DNA of 32,000 bases. It comes from Trichodesmium erythraeum IMS101 (GTDB lineage Bacteria > Cyanobacteriota > Cyanobacteriia > Cyanobacteriales > Microcoleaceae). A program made the position numbers and the translations under genes. Location: assembly GCF_000014265.1 (NCBI RefSeq), contig NC_008312.1:4830001-4862000 (forward strand). The letters are read 5' to 3'. Shown piece by piece: positions 1-9,422 of this stretch; within the stretch, counting starts at the first letter, position 1, and every line of letters starts with the position of its first letter. The notes below the pieces were generated by a model that was given only the letters and a program-made list of their open reading frames with translations, had not been told where the DNA came from and ran no database searches.

Positions 1-492
1 CAAGCAGTATGGGTACCTGGTCTTGGGTCAGCCATTGCATATATGGATACTCAAGATATAGCAAAATTTGCTGTGGGCGCTCTTTCAGTTCCTGAAACAG
101 AAAATAAGAGCTTTCCAGTAGTAGGTCCTCGTGCTTGGGATGCCAATGAAATTATTCGGATGTGTGAACGACTTTCCGGTGAAAAGGCCAAAGTAACTCG
201 CACTAATATTAACCTATTGCGCATATTCCGTCAGTTTACTAGGTCATTTCAATGGGGTTGGAATGTGGCAGATAGGCTAGCTTTTGCAGAAGTATTAGCC
301 AGCGGTCAGCCAATAATTGCTCCTATGGATGATGTATATTCTTTATTTGGTATTAATCCTCAAGAAATAACCACCCTAGAGTCTTATTTGCAAGAGTATT
401 ATAGTCGAATTATGAAAAAACTGAAGGAAATAGAATACGAACAAGCAAAACTAGGAAAAACAACTTCTAAAAATAAACCTTTCTTTTTCTAG
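1..492 (+). CDS. NAD(P)-binding NmrA/Ycf39-like protein, C-terminal part (5' end lies upstream of the window)
   Basis: Frame 1 is open from nt 1 (QAVWVPGLGSAIAYMDTQDIAKF...), so the listed ORF 43..492 is the tail of a longer gene. The C-terminal region resembles cyanobacterial NmrA/Ycf39-type atypical SDR proteins. This is recognition from memory; no catalytic motif lies in the visible part. Confidence 0.5.
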   Translation, partial: QAVWVPGLGSAIAYMDTQDIAKFAVGALSVPETENKSFPVVGPRAWDANEIIRMCERLSGEKAKVTRTNINLLRIFRQFTRSFQWGWNVADRLAFAEVLASGQPIIAPMDDVYSLFGINPQEITTLESYLQEYYSRIMKKLKEIEYEQAKLGKTTSKNKPFFF

Positions 493-519
493 AGCTTCTA
501 ACTACCCTGAACTAGATTT

Positions 520-1443
520 TTGCGAGTGTCTAAAATAGGAATTATTTATAACGATGCTAAACCTATAGCTTGTCGCATAACTAATGAATTGAAAGACAAG
601 CTGAAGGCTTATGGCTATGATGTTCATCTCGTCATTGGGGCCGAGGGAATTTTAGGTTATCCTAATCTAGAACGCCCTGTATGCCATACTCCTATAGACC
701 AGCTAGTTCCCTCTGGTTTTACAAAAGATATGAAATTTGCCATTGTTTTAGGAGGAGATGGTACTGTTCTATCCGCATTTCGTCAAGCTGCACCCTCCCA
801 GATTCCACTATTAACTGTCAATACAGGCCACATGGGTTTCTTAACTGAAACTTTTGTCAATCATTTGTACCCAGCTATTGAACAGATTCTAGCAGGAAAC
901 TATGAAATAGAAGAGCGGACTATGCTAGAAGTACGTCTGTTCCGAAATGATAAGTTATTCTGGGAAGCTCTCTGCTTAAATGAAATGGTTTTGCATCGGG
1001 AACCGATGACTTGTATGTGCCATTTTGAAATTAAAATTGGTAAACACGCTCCCATAGATATTGCTGCTGATGGTATTATTATATCTACTCCCACTGGTTC
1101 TACTGCTTATTCTTTATCCGCAGGTGGCCCTGTTATCACTCCAGGAGTTCCAGTTTTAGAGCTCTCACCTATTTGTCCCCATTCTCTTGCATCCCGCGCT
1201 TTAGTTTTTGCTGATACTGAACCTATAACTGTTTTGCCAGCAGGTCCAAATCGTCTAATGATGGTTGTAGATGGTAATGGAGGATGTTATGTTCTTCCAG
1301 AGGATAGTATACAAGTCAAACAATCTCAGTATAAAGCACGTTTTATTCGACTTAAAACACCGGAGTTTTTTCACATTCTTCGGGAGAAATTGGGGTGGGG
1401 ACTACCACATATTGCCAAGCCAACTTCTGTGGAACTGCCATGA
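520..1443 (+). CDS. nadK: NAD+ kinase
   Basis: 307 aa with the hallmark motifs [15 protein letters not shown] and [19 protein letters not shown] start at 520 as given in the ORF track; a GTG two codons downstream is an alternative. Confidence 0.9.
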   Translation: MRVSKIGIIYNDAKPIACRITNELKDKLKAYGYDVHLVIGAEGILGYPNLERPVCHTPIDQLVPSGFTKDMKFAIVLGGDGTVLSAFRQAAPSQIPLLTVNTGHMGFLTETFVNHLYPAIEQILAGNYEIEERTMLEVRLFRNDKLFWEALCLNEMVLHREPMTCMCHFEIKIGKHAPIDIAADGIIISTPTGSTAYSLSAGGPVITPGVPVLELSPICPHSLASRALVFADTEPITVLPAGPNRLMMVVDGNGGCYVLPEDSIQVKQSQYKARFIRLKTPEFFHILREKLGWGLPHIAKPTSVELP

Positions 1444-1665
1444 TATTCTCCTGCTATTAGAATAACGAAATGCTAACTGGAGTCTGTGGACTTATACCTT
1501 AAAGTGAAGCTTTCAACCCGATTTTTTGGTCAATATAGTATTTGAATCTGCTATTTGCTAGTTTTTATTCTTGTTCTCATTTTTTGTAACAATTCTCAGT
1601 GCTAGACTAACTCTGATGTTTTAAAAAAATCAGGATTATATTAAGTGATGTAAATCTAATATTCA

Positions 1666-2373
1666 ATGAGTCTTAGTATGAGTACCCTAACTGTTGACCA
1701 AAATCTTTCTGTCTTAATAATAGAGACTGATGAAACTTTAGCCCAATATGTGAGTCTAGACCTACAAGAGTCAGGTTACAATCCAATTGTTGCTAATAAC
1801 TCTAGTAATGGTTTTCATAGAGCTATGGAGCTTCAACCTGCTTTGATCGTGATTGATCGAATGTTGGCTGGTGAATCTGGACTATCATTATGCAGTAATC
1901 TGAGGAAAATGGGTAACAAAAAGCCCCTGCTACTTTTGATGGCTAGTGATCAGGTAGAAGATCGAGTGGCTTGTCTAGAGTCTGGAGCTGACGATTATTT
2001 TCTAAAACCTTATCGAAGAGATGACTTTTTACAATTAATTAGATTTTATTTGCAACCTAATACATCAGACAAAGAACAGTTGGTCTTTGCAAATTTAATT
2101 TTAGATTTTGCTAGTCGGCGAGTTTTTTGTCATGGTCGTAGTATTGAGTTGACTATGAAAGAGTTTGAACTGTTAAAGTTTCTAATGGAGCATCCTCGTG
2201 AAGTATTGAGTCGTGAACAGATTTTGGAAAATGTTTGGGGTTATAGTTTTTTAGGTGAGTCTAATGTCATTGAGGTGTATATTAGATACTTACGTCTTAA
2301 AATTGAGAGAGAAGGTGAAAAAAGATTAATTCAGACTATCCGTGGTATTGGGTATGTATTAAGAGAAACTTAA
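1666..2373 (+). CDS. OmpR/PhoB-family response regulator (receiver plus winged-helix DNA-binding domain) with an atypical receiver, possibly NblR-like
   Basis: Receiver: LIIETDE...ALIVIDRML...LLLLMAS...FLKPY. C-terminal winged helix: ELTMKEFELLKFLMEHPREVLSREQILENVWG...IEVYIRYLRLKIE...IQTIRGIGYVL. See the finding on missing receiver residues. Confidence 0.85.
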   Translation: MSLSMSTLTVDQNLSVLIIETDETLAQYVSLDLQESGYNPIVANNSSNGFHRAMELQPALIVIDRMLAGESGLSLCSNLRKMGNKKPLLLLMASDQVEDRVACLESGADDYFLKPYRRDDFLQLIRFYLQPNTSDKEQLVFANLILDFASRRVFCHGRSIELTMKEFELLKFLMEHPREVLSREQILENVWGYSFLGESNVIEVYIRYLRLKIEREGEKRLIQTIRGIGYVLRET

Positions 2374-2538
2374 AGCTATATATGATGGTGGGTATATTCT
2401 AATGGCTTTCTACTTTATGATTTTCTCAAGGGTTATCGTCAGTAGCAGCATTTTTCTACCTACCTTTTAGGGTTGTTTATCTACATTCACAATTATGCTA
2501 GCAAGAAATCATTATTTGTAACGATAAGTAAGTTGTTT

Positions 2539-2624
2539 AGGACTTACACGGATGGCACTAATTGTAGTGTAAATCTTCAAAATAATCCGCAAAAATAAAC
2601 TATATGAGGTAATGTGTAAGTCCT
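2539..2624. mobile_element. MITE-like element with 11-bp terminal inverted repeats AGGACTTACAC / GTGTAAGTCCT
   Basis: Perfect 11-bp inverted repeat (2539-2549 vs 2614-2624) around 64 AT-rich nt. The same termini recur at 11311-11404, with a related half-site at 3429-3440. Confidence 0.4.
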
Positions 2625-2650
2625 GTTGTTCTAAAATTTGAGATATTGTT

Positions 2651-3178
2651 ATGGGTAGTGAGTTTGATTTATTTAAGTATGGGATAATTCTGTTTTTGGT
2701 TGGCTTTTCGCTACAAATAACATTTGTTAAAATTTCAGAAGCTATTAATATTCAAGCACAAGCTCAACGCACATCAAATTTTCAGGTATTTCAGAAAGGC
2801 CAGGTATTGCCAATTACAGCTCAAGCTCAAATATCTGGTCAAATAATTAATTTGGAGGTGGCGAAAACTCCCAAAGAGCAAGCAATGGGTTTGATGTACA
2901 GAACTGAATTAGCTGACGATCGAGGAATGCTATTCTCTTTTGACCCACCTCGGAAGGTTAACTTCTGGATGAAAAATTGTAAAATATCTCTTGATATAAT
3001 ATTTGTTAGGTCTAGTGTCGTTAAGGCGATCGCTCTTGATGTTCCTCCTTGTTTGGCCGATCCTTGCCCTATGTATGGATCTAGTGCTCCAGTCGATCAA
3101 GTTATTGAAGTGCGCGGAGGTCGTATCACGGAATTAGGTTTGAAGGTAGGAGATCGGATAATAGTTACTAAAAATTAG
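2651..3178 (+). CDS. DUF192-family protein with an N-terminal hydrophobic (signal/TM) segment
   Basis: 175 aa. GLMYRTELADDRGMLFSF...VNFWMKNCKISLDIIF matches the conserved DUF192 (COG1430) core pattern. N-terminus: YGIILFLVGFSLQITFV. Confidence 0.7.
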   Translation: MGSEFDLFKYGIILFLVGFSLQITFVKISEAINIQAQAQRTSNFQVFQKGQVLPITAQAQISGQIINLEVAKTPKEQAMGLMYRTELADDRGMLFSFDPPRKVNFWMKNCKISLDIIFVRSSVVKAIALDVPPCLADPCPMYGSSAPVDQVIEVRGGRITELGLKVGDRIIVTKN

Positions 3179-3200
3179 ATACTTTGAGTAATTTATATTC

Positions 3201-3250
3201 AATAGGGAATAGGTAATAAATAGGTCGTAGGAAATAGGTCATAGGGAATT
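3201..3250. repeat. STRR-like degenerate heptamer tract (TAGGnnn periodicity)
   Basis: aataggg aataggt aataaat aggtcgt aggaaat aggtcat agggaat. TAGG recurs at spacings 7, 11, 7, 7, 7, starting 23 nt after the DUF192 stop codon. Confidence 0.6.
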
Positions 3251-4388
3251 GTGAAACTTAAACAATTTAATAATTTAAATTAGACTATAATGCCTGTAAA
3301 TCAAAGGTTTGACCTCGAAGTTCTCCCTAAACATGAAAGAAAGAAATCTTACTAAAATGCCTACTTGCTTAGACAGGTGACACCAAAATTTTAACGATTG
3401 TTTGTTGTAAAAACCTATTGTAGAAAAAAGGACTTATGCACTCAAATAAGAAACCAGATTTATTGTCTTAATTATTGCTTTGTCCTCTTACGAAATTTCG
3501 TCTCATAACCCAGTTTCTACATATCGGTTATGTTCCCTTGAATATTTACATTTTAGTGAAAGGAAGGCAGAGTTTAGAATGCAAGAGGCATAAGAGTTTA
3601 TTCCACTTGTGACTTGATATTATACACAAACGATGCTCAAGGAAATGATATAAGTCTGAGGAAACTTTTGTATGACTGTATCAAGTCCATAAGTGTGTTC
3701 CCCATAGAAGTACATATTTTGAGCAACTCTAATTTCACTAATATTTATCTGATATCAACTCCAAGTATAAAATCCGGCTTGTCCCATCGCCTAATATCTT
3801 ATTTAACAATAGCTGTAACTTTAAAAAATATTTTCTTACACTTGGCAGATTTTGTATGAACTACTACCTAAATTTTGCGGAATAGCAAAGGTAAGTTCTG
3901 TAGATCAAAATCGATGGAAGCTACAGCTATCTTGTTATTTTGATAGGTAATTTATAACTTTTGTTTAGTTCATCAAAAAGTTTTTGAATTTGATTATAAA
4001 AAATTTAGAGCTATAGAACAGAGCAAAAACTGGCTAATAGTAGCTTTAAACAAAAAAATATTTACTTTATCATAGTCAACAATTGCTTAGTCCAAGTCAA
4101 AAAGATTAATTTTATTGACTTGCAAATTATCTCAAATATGTAATACCAAATCTCAAAAGCATTGCTATATTTTATTGCTCGTAGATATTAGGAAGAAAAG
4201 AAACGAATAATATATCTTTCCTCTTTCTATGTAATGTTTAAAAAACTTACTTTAACTGGGTTATTCTTAATAACTGAAGTTTTTATCAAAAATAGCATTA
4301 TTTTGGGAAAGTGGTATAAAATATATACTTTATTAAGAATAAGAATAACGAAAATATTGTATGAAAAACAAGGAGGTGAAAATCAATT

Positions 4389-4616
4389 ATGACATCAAAT
4401 AACTATACCCGCTTTATTAATTTCTTGCAAAATGAATTATCTATATCTTCAGCTTATATCGCAATTGCTGAACGAGCTAGTATTACTTCAGAATTACCAT
4501 GCCCTCAACCAGATTCTAATGCTTTATCGATGATTTTGTGGCAATATGGTTTAGTTACTTTAGAACAATTAGACAAAATATTTGATTGGCTACAAAACAC
4601 TTATGAGTTCAACTAA
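4389..4616 (+). CDS. small conserved cyanobacterial protein (DUF2949-like)
   Basis: 75 aa. Strong SD AAGGAGGTG 9 nt upstream of the ATG. FINFLQNELSISSAYIAIA...ILWQYGLVTLEQLDKIFDWLQ resembles the DUF2949 family as I remember it. Confidence 0.6.
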   Translation: MTSNNYTRFINFLQNELSISSAYIAIAERASITSELPCPQPDSNALSMILWQYGLVTLEQLDKIFDWLQNTYEFN

Positions 4617-4622
4617 AGCAAG

Positions 4623-4657
4623 CACTCAGCTGTCAGCTATTAGCCATCGGCTATTGT
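4623..4657. repeat. STRR-like heptamer tract
   Basis: actcagc tgtcagc tattagc catcggc tattgtg, immediately after the stop of the DUF2949-like gene. Confidence 0.5.
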
Positions 4658-4983
4658 GAAATAGAATCATGAATAGCTATTAATAAATTGAGATTGATAG
4701 AGATTTAAAATTTACTACCCAAATATGCTATTTTAATCGTCATAAGTATTCATTTAAACCTCGCTTTTTTAGGAGAGAATATGATTACTGAAGAACTGGT
4801 TATTAGTAAAAGCTGAATGCTTACCAAGTAAATATAAAAACTACAACTACTTAAAAATAGCAAATTTAAGTCTAATTAAAAACTAAAATTAAGCACGATA
4901 AAAATAACTAAATTTGGTTTTTAAATATGTATCTAGTAGTAAAAATTTAATATAACGATCAATATCTTCACAATATATTACTA

Positions 4984-5110
4984 TAGCAATCCTATTAAAG
5001 CTATAACACTTTGATGCTAGTTAGGAGTCGGGACTCAGGACTCAGACTTTTAAAGGTTTCAGTTAAAATTAACTGTTATAAACATTATCGCAACAAATTT
5101 AGGATTGCTA
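4984..5110. mobile_element. 127-bp MITE, a non-autonomous derivative of the IS630-family element at 8310-9422
   Basis: Termini are TAGCAATCC...GGATTGCTA, flanked by TA on both sides (4982-4983 and 5111-5112). The right end read as reverse complement (tagcaatcctaaatttgttgcgat) matches the IS left end (tagcaatcctaagtaggttgcggc) at 19/24. No ORF. The interior carries a GGACTCA heptamer repeat. Confidence 0.65.
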
Positions 5111-5142
5111 TAACTACTAAACTATTAATTTAATCAATTTAA

Positions 5143-6300
5143 TTATGATTCTACTAAAACTCTAGAAGCAGCAGCTAGAGCTTCTCCTGGGGTAAAAGAT
5201 TCATATCCCAAATCTCTCAAAGTAACTTCTAAGGCAGCGATCGCGCTTGTGACGTCTCTTTCACAGACAAAACCTAAATGTCCAATGCGAAAAATTTTCC
5301 CTTTCAAGTGGTCTTGTCCACCAGCTAAAGCAATATCAAAACGTTTTTTCATAATAGCCCGTACTTTTTCTGCCTCTACTTCTGTTGGTGGAGCAACTGC
5401 TGTAACAGCAGGACTAGCTACTTTATCTGAAGCCAGTAAGGGCAAGCCTAAAGCTTTGATAGCTGCGCGAGTTGCACTTTTTAAACGATCATGTCGAGCA
5501 AAAATATTTTCTAATCCTTCGGCTTGCATTATTCTAAGTGTGGCCTGCAAAGCAAAGAACAAATTTACTGGTGGGGTAAAGGGTGTAGTGTTTTTAGCTG
5601 CATCTTTACGATACTTACCTAAGTCAAGGTAGTAGCGTGGTAACTTAGCAGTTTCATAAGCAGTCCAAGCTTTAGGTCCCACTGCCACAAAAGCTAAACC
5701 AGGAGGTATCATGTAACCTTTTTGAGAACCAGAAGCAACAACATCAAGACCCAACTCATCTACTGGTATACTGACTGCCCCAAGACTTGTGACAGCATCT
5801 ACAATAATCAAAGCTTCACCATGAGCTTTAACATAACCATTAATAGTTTCTAGATCATTTAGAACACCTGTAGAAGTTTCGCTATGGGTAAGAATAACTG
5901 CTTTAATTTGTTTGTCTTTATCTGCTTCTAGGTGTTGACGAAATTTCTCTGTCTCTAAAGCTTTACCCCACTCTGCTGTAATTTTCTCAACTTGGAGACC
6001 ATAAGCTGTCGCGACTTCTGCCCAGCGGTCGCCAAATTTACCATTACATCCACATAGTACGCGATCGCCTGGACTGAGGAAATTAATTATACCTGCCTCC
6101 ATAGCTCCAGTACCACTAGATGCTAAGATCAACATATCATTTTTAGTTTGATGTAACCATTTAAGGTTTTCTGTCACCTCTGCCATAATTTTAGAAAAGT
6201 CACCGCTTCTATGGCCTATTGGATGTTTGGCCATTGCGAGTAATGCTGTTTCTGGCACTGGAGTTGGTCCAGGAATCATTAACATCAATTTATCATCCAT
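5143..6300 (-). CDS. class V pyridoxal-phosphate aminotransferase (serine-pyruvate / alanine-glyoxylate aminotransferase type; historically annotated 'soluble hydrogenase small subunit' in cyanobacteria)
   Basis: 385 aa. N-terminus MLMIPGPTPVP, PLP-lysine context SGSQKGYMIPPG, and the HSETSTGV motif. Confidence 0.85.
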   Translation of the reverse strand: MDDKLMLMIPGPTPVPETALLAMAKHPIGHRSGDFSKIMAEVTENLKWLHQTKNDMLILASSGTGAMEAGIINFLSPGDRVLCGCNGKFGDRWAEVATAYGLQVEKITAEWGKALETEKFRQHLEADKDKQIKAVILTHSETSTGVLNDLETINGYVKAHGEALIIVDAVTSLGAVSIPVDELGLDVVASGSQKGYMIPPGLAFVAVGPKAWTAYETAKLPRYYLDLGKYRKDAAKNTTPFTPPVNLFFALQATLRIMQAEGLENIFARHDRLKSATRAAIKALGLPLLASDKVASPAVTAVAPPTEVEAEKVRAIMKKRFDIALAGGQDHLKGKIFRIGHLGFVCERDVTSAIAALEVTLRDLGYESFTPGEALAAASRVLVES

Positions 6301-6720
6301 TTTTTTTTCCTTTATTATGTTTAATTTGAACGGTGTCTATGTTTATTTATACAGAAGCACATCACAGTAAAAGCTTACTTTTTCTTTAAGCTTCATAAGC
6401 TTGAAAATTGTAGGATTTTATCTTTTGATTAATTTTCTAAAAGTTAAGTAACATTACAAAACTATTTACCTGTTTTTATTCTCTACCCTCGTAATTAAAG
6501 CAAATAATTTAGCTTTTCTAGAAGAGCTGTAATTAATTTTATATTACTACTTACGACTTAGTTAAGTTCTTAATTTTTTGAGTTTTTTACTCAACTATTT
6601 ATTGTAGTTATAAATAACCTAGCAAAGAGTAATTTTACCAAACAAAAGTTTATAAGCTATTTTTTTTTCATTAAGAAATTCACTACAAATAATTTAATCT
6701 AGCCATAGCCCCTAATATTT

Positions 6721-6969
6721 TTAATATTTTTTAGTTTCATTAATAGACCAGTAATATTCTATTGGTAAATTTGCTTGTTTACAGCATTCTTCTAACTGTT
6801 TTTGCAGTGCTAAAGCTTTCCTCACAGCCACAATAAGTTCTTGAACTTTTTGGGACTCTTTTGTGTTATAATCTACTGCCACAATTGTCTTTTTTTCTAA
6901 TAATTGAAGTAGTAGTTCATAATGAATACGAGAGGGAACTGGTATTTTTTCCATAGTTTTATCTCTCAT
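6721..6969 (-). CDS. hypothetical small protein (82 aa), unassigned
   Basis: Only an ORF. No recognisable motif and no clear RBS; an internal ATG (MEKIP) is an alternative start. It lies alone between trpC and the aminotransferase. Confidence 0.3.
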   Translation of the reverse strand: MRDKTMEKIPVPSRIHYELLLQLLEKKTIVAVDYNTKESQKVQELIVAVRKALALQKQLEECCKQANLPIEYYWSINETKKY

Positions 6970-7153
6970 TGTATTTAGTAATTTCCCACTTCCCGAATTA
7001 AAGTATTGGGGGATTTAATCTTCGCTAAAGGCATAAATCTTATATTACCTCGTCACCTCAATTTTTCCTAACGAAAAACATAAATATTCTTTTATAAGAA
7101 GTAAGTAAAAATACTTCTATAACATATTTAAATATTACAAATAGACATAGCTT

Positions 7154-8047
7154 TTAACTTTTATTTTCATTAAATAGTTGTAGCAATGCTGTACCTGGAT
7201 TTGTTTTTTTGACTAAAGACTCTCCTACTAAAACAGCATTTACACCAGCGTTTATCATAAAATTGATATCTTCATAACTATGTATTCCAGATTCACTTAC
7301 AACTAAAATTCCGAGTTTTTCTAATTCTTTCTTTCTAGCTTCCATCAGTTGAAAAGTTGTTTGTAAATCCACTGAAAAATCTTCTAAGTTGCGATTATTT
7401 ATACCAATTAACTTAACCCCTTCTATTCCTAATACCCGATCTAATTCTTTCAAAGTATGAACTTCAACTAATGCTGTCATTCCTAAAGAATTAACTATTT
7501 TGATAAAATATTTTAAGTCTTGGTCTGATAAAATTGCTGCTATTAATAGCACAGCATCAGCTCCATATAAGCGAGCAAAGTATATTTGATATGGATAAAT
7601 TAGGAAGTCTTTACAAAGTAATGGTAAATCAACATTTTCCCTAATATTTGCCAAATTTTCAAAACTACCTTGAAAGAACTTTCTATCTGTTAAAACTGAG
7701 ATACAAGTTGCAGCATTTTCCTGATATAACTTAGCAATAGCAACTGGTTCAAAATCTTGTCTAATTACTCCTTTACTAGGAGAAGCTTTTTTCACTTCAG
7801 CTATTACAGCAAGTTGAGTTTTTCCTGTTGATAATGTAGTCAAAAAATCCAGAGGAGGAGGCATTAAGTTAATCTTTTTTCTTAACTCAACTAAAGGTTC
7901 TTTGTCACGCAAATAATCTACCTCTTTTTCCTTATGCCAAACTATTTCCTCTAGAATATTTTTAGGCTTTGACTCTGGCACGGAAACCTCATAGCGTAAA
8001 GTGCCCATTTCTACCGCTGGGTTTGGCGGACGGCGACGAATTTGCAT
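7154..8047 (-). CDS. trpC: indole-3-glycerol-phosphate synthase
   Basis: 297 aa. Typical cyanobacterial N-terminus [12 protein letters not shown]...[13 protein letters not shown], plus the motifs [16 protein letters not shown] and LIGINNRNL. Confidence 0.9.
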   Translation of the reverse strand: MQIRRRPPNPAVEMGTLRYEVSVPESKPKNILEEIVWHKEKEVDYLRDKEPLVELRKKINLMPPPLDFLTTLSTGKTQLAVIAEVKKASPSKGVIRQDFEPVAIAKLYQENAATCISVLTDRKFFQGSFENLANIRENVDLPLLCKDFLIYPYQIYFARLYGADAVLLIAAILSDQDLKYFIKIVNSLGMTALVEVHTLKELDRVLGIEGVKLIGINNRNLEDFSVDLQTTFQLMEARKKELEKLGILVVSESGIHSYEDINFMINAGVNAVLVGESLVKKTNPGTALLQLFNENKS

Positions 8048-8309
8048 TTATTTTAAATAAATTACTTGATTATATTTACTTGATACTTTTCAGCTTTTTC
8101 AATATTTAGCAATGTTGAGATTATTCAAGTCACCAATTTCCTAACAATTAATATTAGTATATAGGAACTTAAATACTTCAGTAGGCATTGCCTATTTTTA
8201 TGCAAGATATACAGTATAATAAATTCAGCTTGAAAAAATGTGTAATTAATTTTGTTTACCTGCTTAATTTAAATTGATTATCAGGTTTTCTTAACCTAGA
8301 TAATCTATA

Positions 8310-9422
8310 TAGCAATCCTAAGTAGGTTGCGGCAAAATTTCATACTGAAAAAGTTTTGGGAAATTGAATATTTGACCATCCGCAAAAAACTTAAATAGCC
8401 ACTTAACTACTTTAAAAGAACTGCAAAGATGATAAAAAGTAATACTGAAATTTTTGGTTTGTAACCAAATATCTTCAACAGGATTTTGCTCCGGAGCATT
8501 GGGAGCAAATCTTGTACAATTTATCAACAATTCTTCTTCTGATAAGTATTGATTAATTGTCATTAAATATTCTCGAAATTCTTGAGAGTTATGGTAAGTT
8601 GCCCCATCCCAAAATATTGCCAATTTGTTGCCCGGTCTTTGCTTCTGCAAATATTTAATAAATTCAATAGTATTTTTAGTATTTCCACTCTCATATTCTT
8701 GCACAAGAAATTCCTTGGTTTTATAGTCTAAAGCTCCATAATAAGTCTGTCTTTCTTTTTCATTTTTAATTGCAATTTCTATTCTTTCATCTGTTTTTCC
8801 CCAAGCATAACCTAATATGTCTCCCCATAGAAGATGACATTCATCAATCATAAACACTGTAAGCTTTCCAGTTTCTATTTCTGGTTGCCATTTAGCTAAA
8901 AATTCCTCTATTTCTTTTCTTTTAACTTCTACTAATTCATCATTTTTAGCAGGATTCTTTTTTTGAGTTTTTTTCCAACTTATGCCCGCTTCTTTAAACA
9001 AGTTATAGTAACTTTGATTAGACTCAAAAACCACATCATATTGCTCCTGTAAGTAGTTTTTTAAATCTGATAACCTAAGATAATCTTGTGCTCTCAACCA
9101 CTCAATTGTTTTCTCTTTTTCGACCGTTTTTAAGTAACCTTGTCTCCCTTGATACTGAAGCCTTAAACTTTCTACACCATGAAATAATGCTTGGTTTTTC
9201 CATTCACTAATAAAACTGTGAGAAACATTTAATAATTCTTTGACTTCATGGTAGGATTTTCCTGACAAGGTCATTTTTACGGCCAAGGCCCTTTTAATTT
9301 CTTTAGACTCTTTTGTTTGATTAATAAAATCATTTAGTTTATCTATAATATTCATTTTTTGTCTTTTTCTTAGATCTGTTATTCTTACTATTATATCTGT
9401 TGCGACCAATATGGGATTGCTA
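8310..9422 (-). mobile_element. IS630-family insertion sequence, apparently intact (about 1.1 kb)
   Basis: Imperfect 24-bp TIRs, 17/24 overall with the first 9 nt perfect: tagcaatcctaagtaggttgcggc vs the reverse complement of 9399-9422, tagcaatcccatattggtcgcaac. TA dinucleotides flank both ends (8308-8309 and 9423-9424), the IS630/Tc1 target duplication. It contains a single uninterrupted transposase ORF. Confidence 0.8.
8318..9355 (-). CDS. IS630-family DDE transposase
   Basis: The listed ORF (to 9481) extends past the right TIR. The likely start is the ATG at 9355 (MNIIDKLNDF..., 345 aa), inside the element. It has an N-terminal HTH region and DDE residues in FMIDECH, IFWDGATYH and PEQNPVEDIW. 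Confidence 0.85.
   Translation of the reverse strand: MNIIDKLNDFINQTKESKEIKRALAVKMTLSGKSYHEVKELLNVSHSFISEWKNQALFHGVESLRLQYQGRQGYLKTVEKEKTIEWLRAQDYLRLSDLKNYLQEQYDVVFESNQSYYNLFKEAGISWKKTQKKNPAKNDELVEVKRKEIEEFLAKWQPEIETGKLTVFMIDECHLLWGDILGYAWGKTDERIEIAIKNEKERQTYYGALDYKTKEFLVQEYESGNTKNTIEFIKYLQKQRPGNKLAIFWDGATYHNSQEFREYLMTINQYLSEEELLINCTRFAPNAPEQNPVEDIWLQTKNFSITFYHLCSSFKVVKWLFKFFADGQIFNFPKLFQYEILPQPT

Noticed and set aside
900-1094. 64-aa ORF antisense to nadK; also 1271..1465 (+), an alternative frame overlapping the nadK 3' end
   Set aside because: Both lie entirely within or overlapping a well-supported gene. They have no motifs and are typical shadow ORFs.
3614-3859. 81-aa ORF in the DUF192 to DUF2949 spacer
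   Set aside because: It has a TTG start, no RBS and a hydrophobic, low-complexity AT-rich translation. The opposite strand reads equally like broken coding sequence. This is probably decayed DNA, not a gene.
5249-5632. 127-aa ORF antisense to the class V aminotransferase
   Set aside because: A shadow ORF inside a strongly supported gene, with a low-complexity Ala/Lys/Ser-rich translation. The same applies to 18272..18508 (antisense to ald) and 25178..25384 (antisense to the MFS gene).
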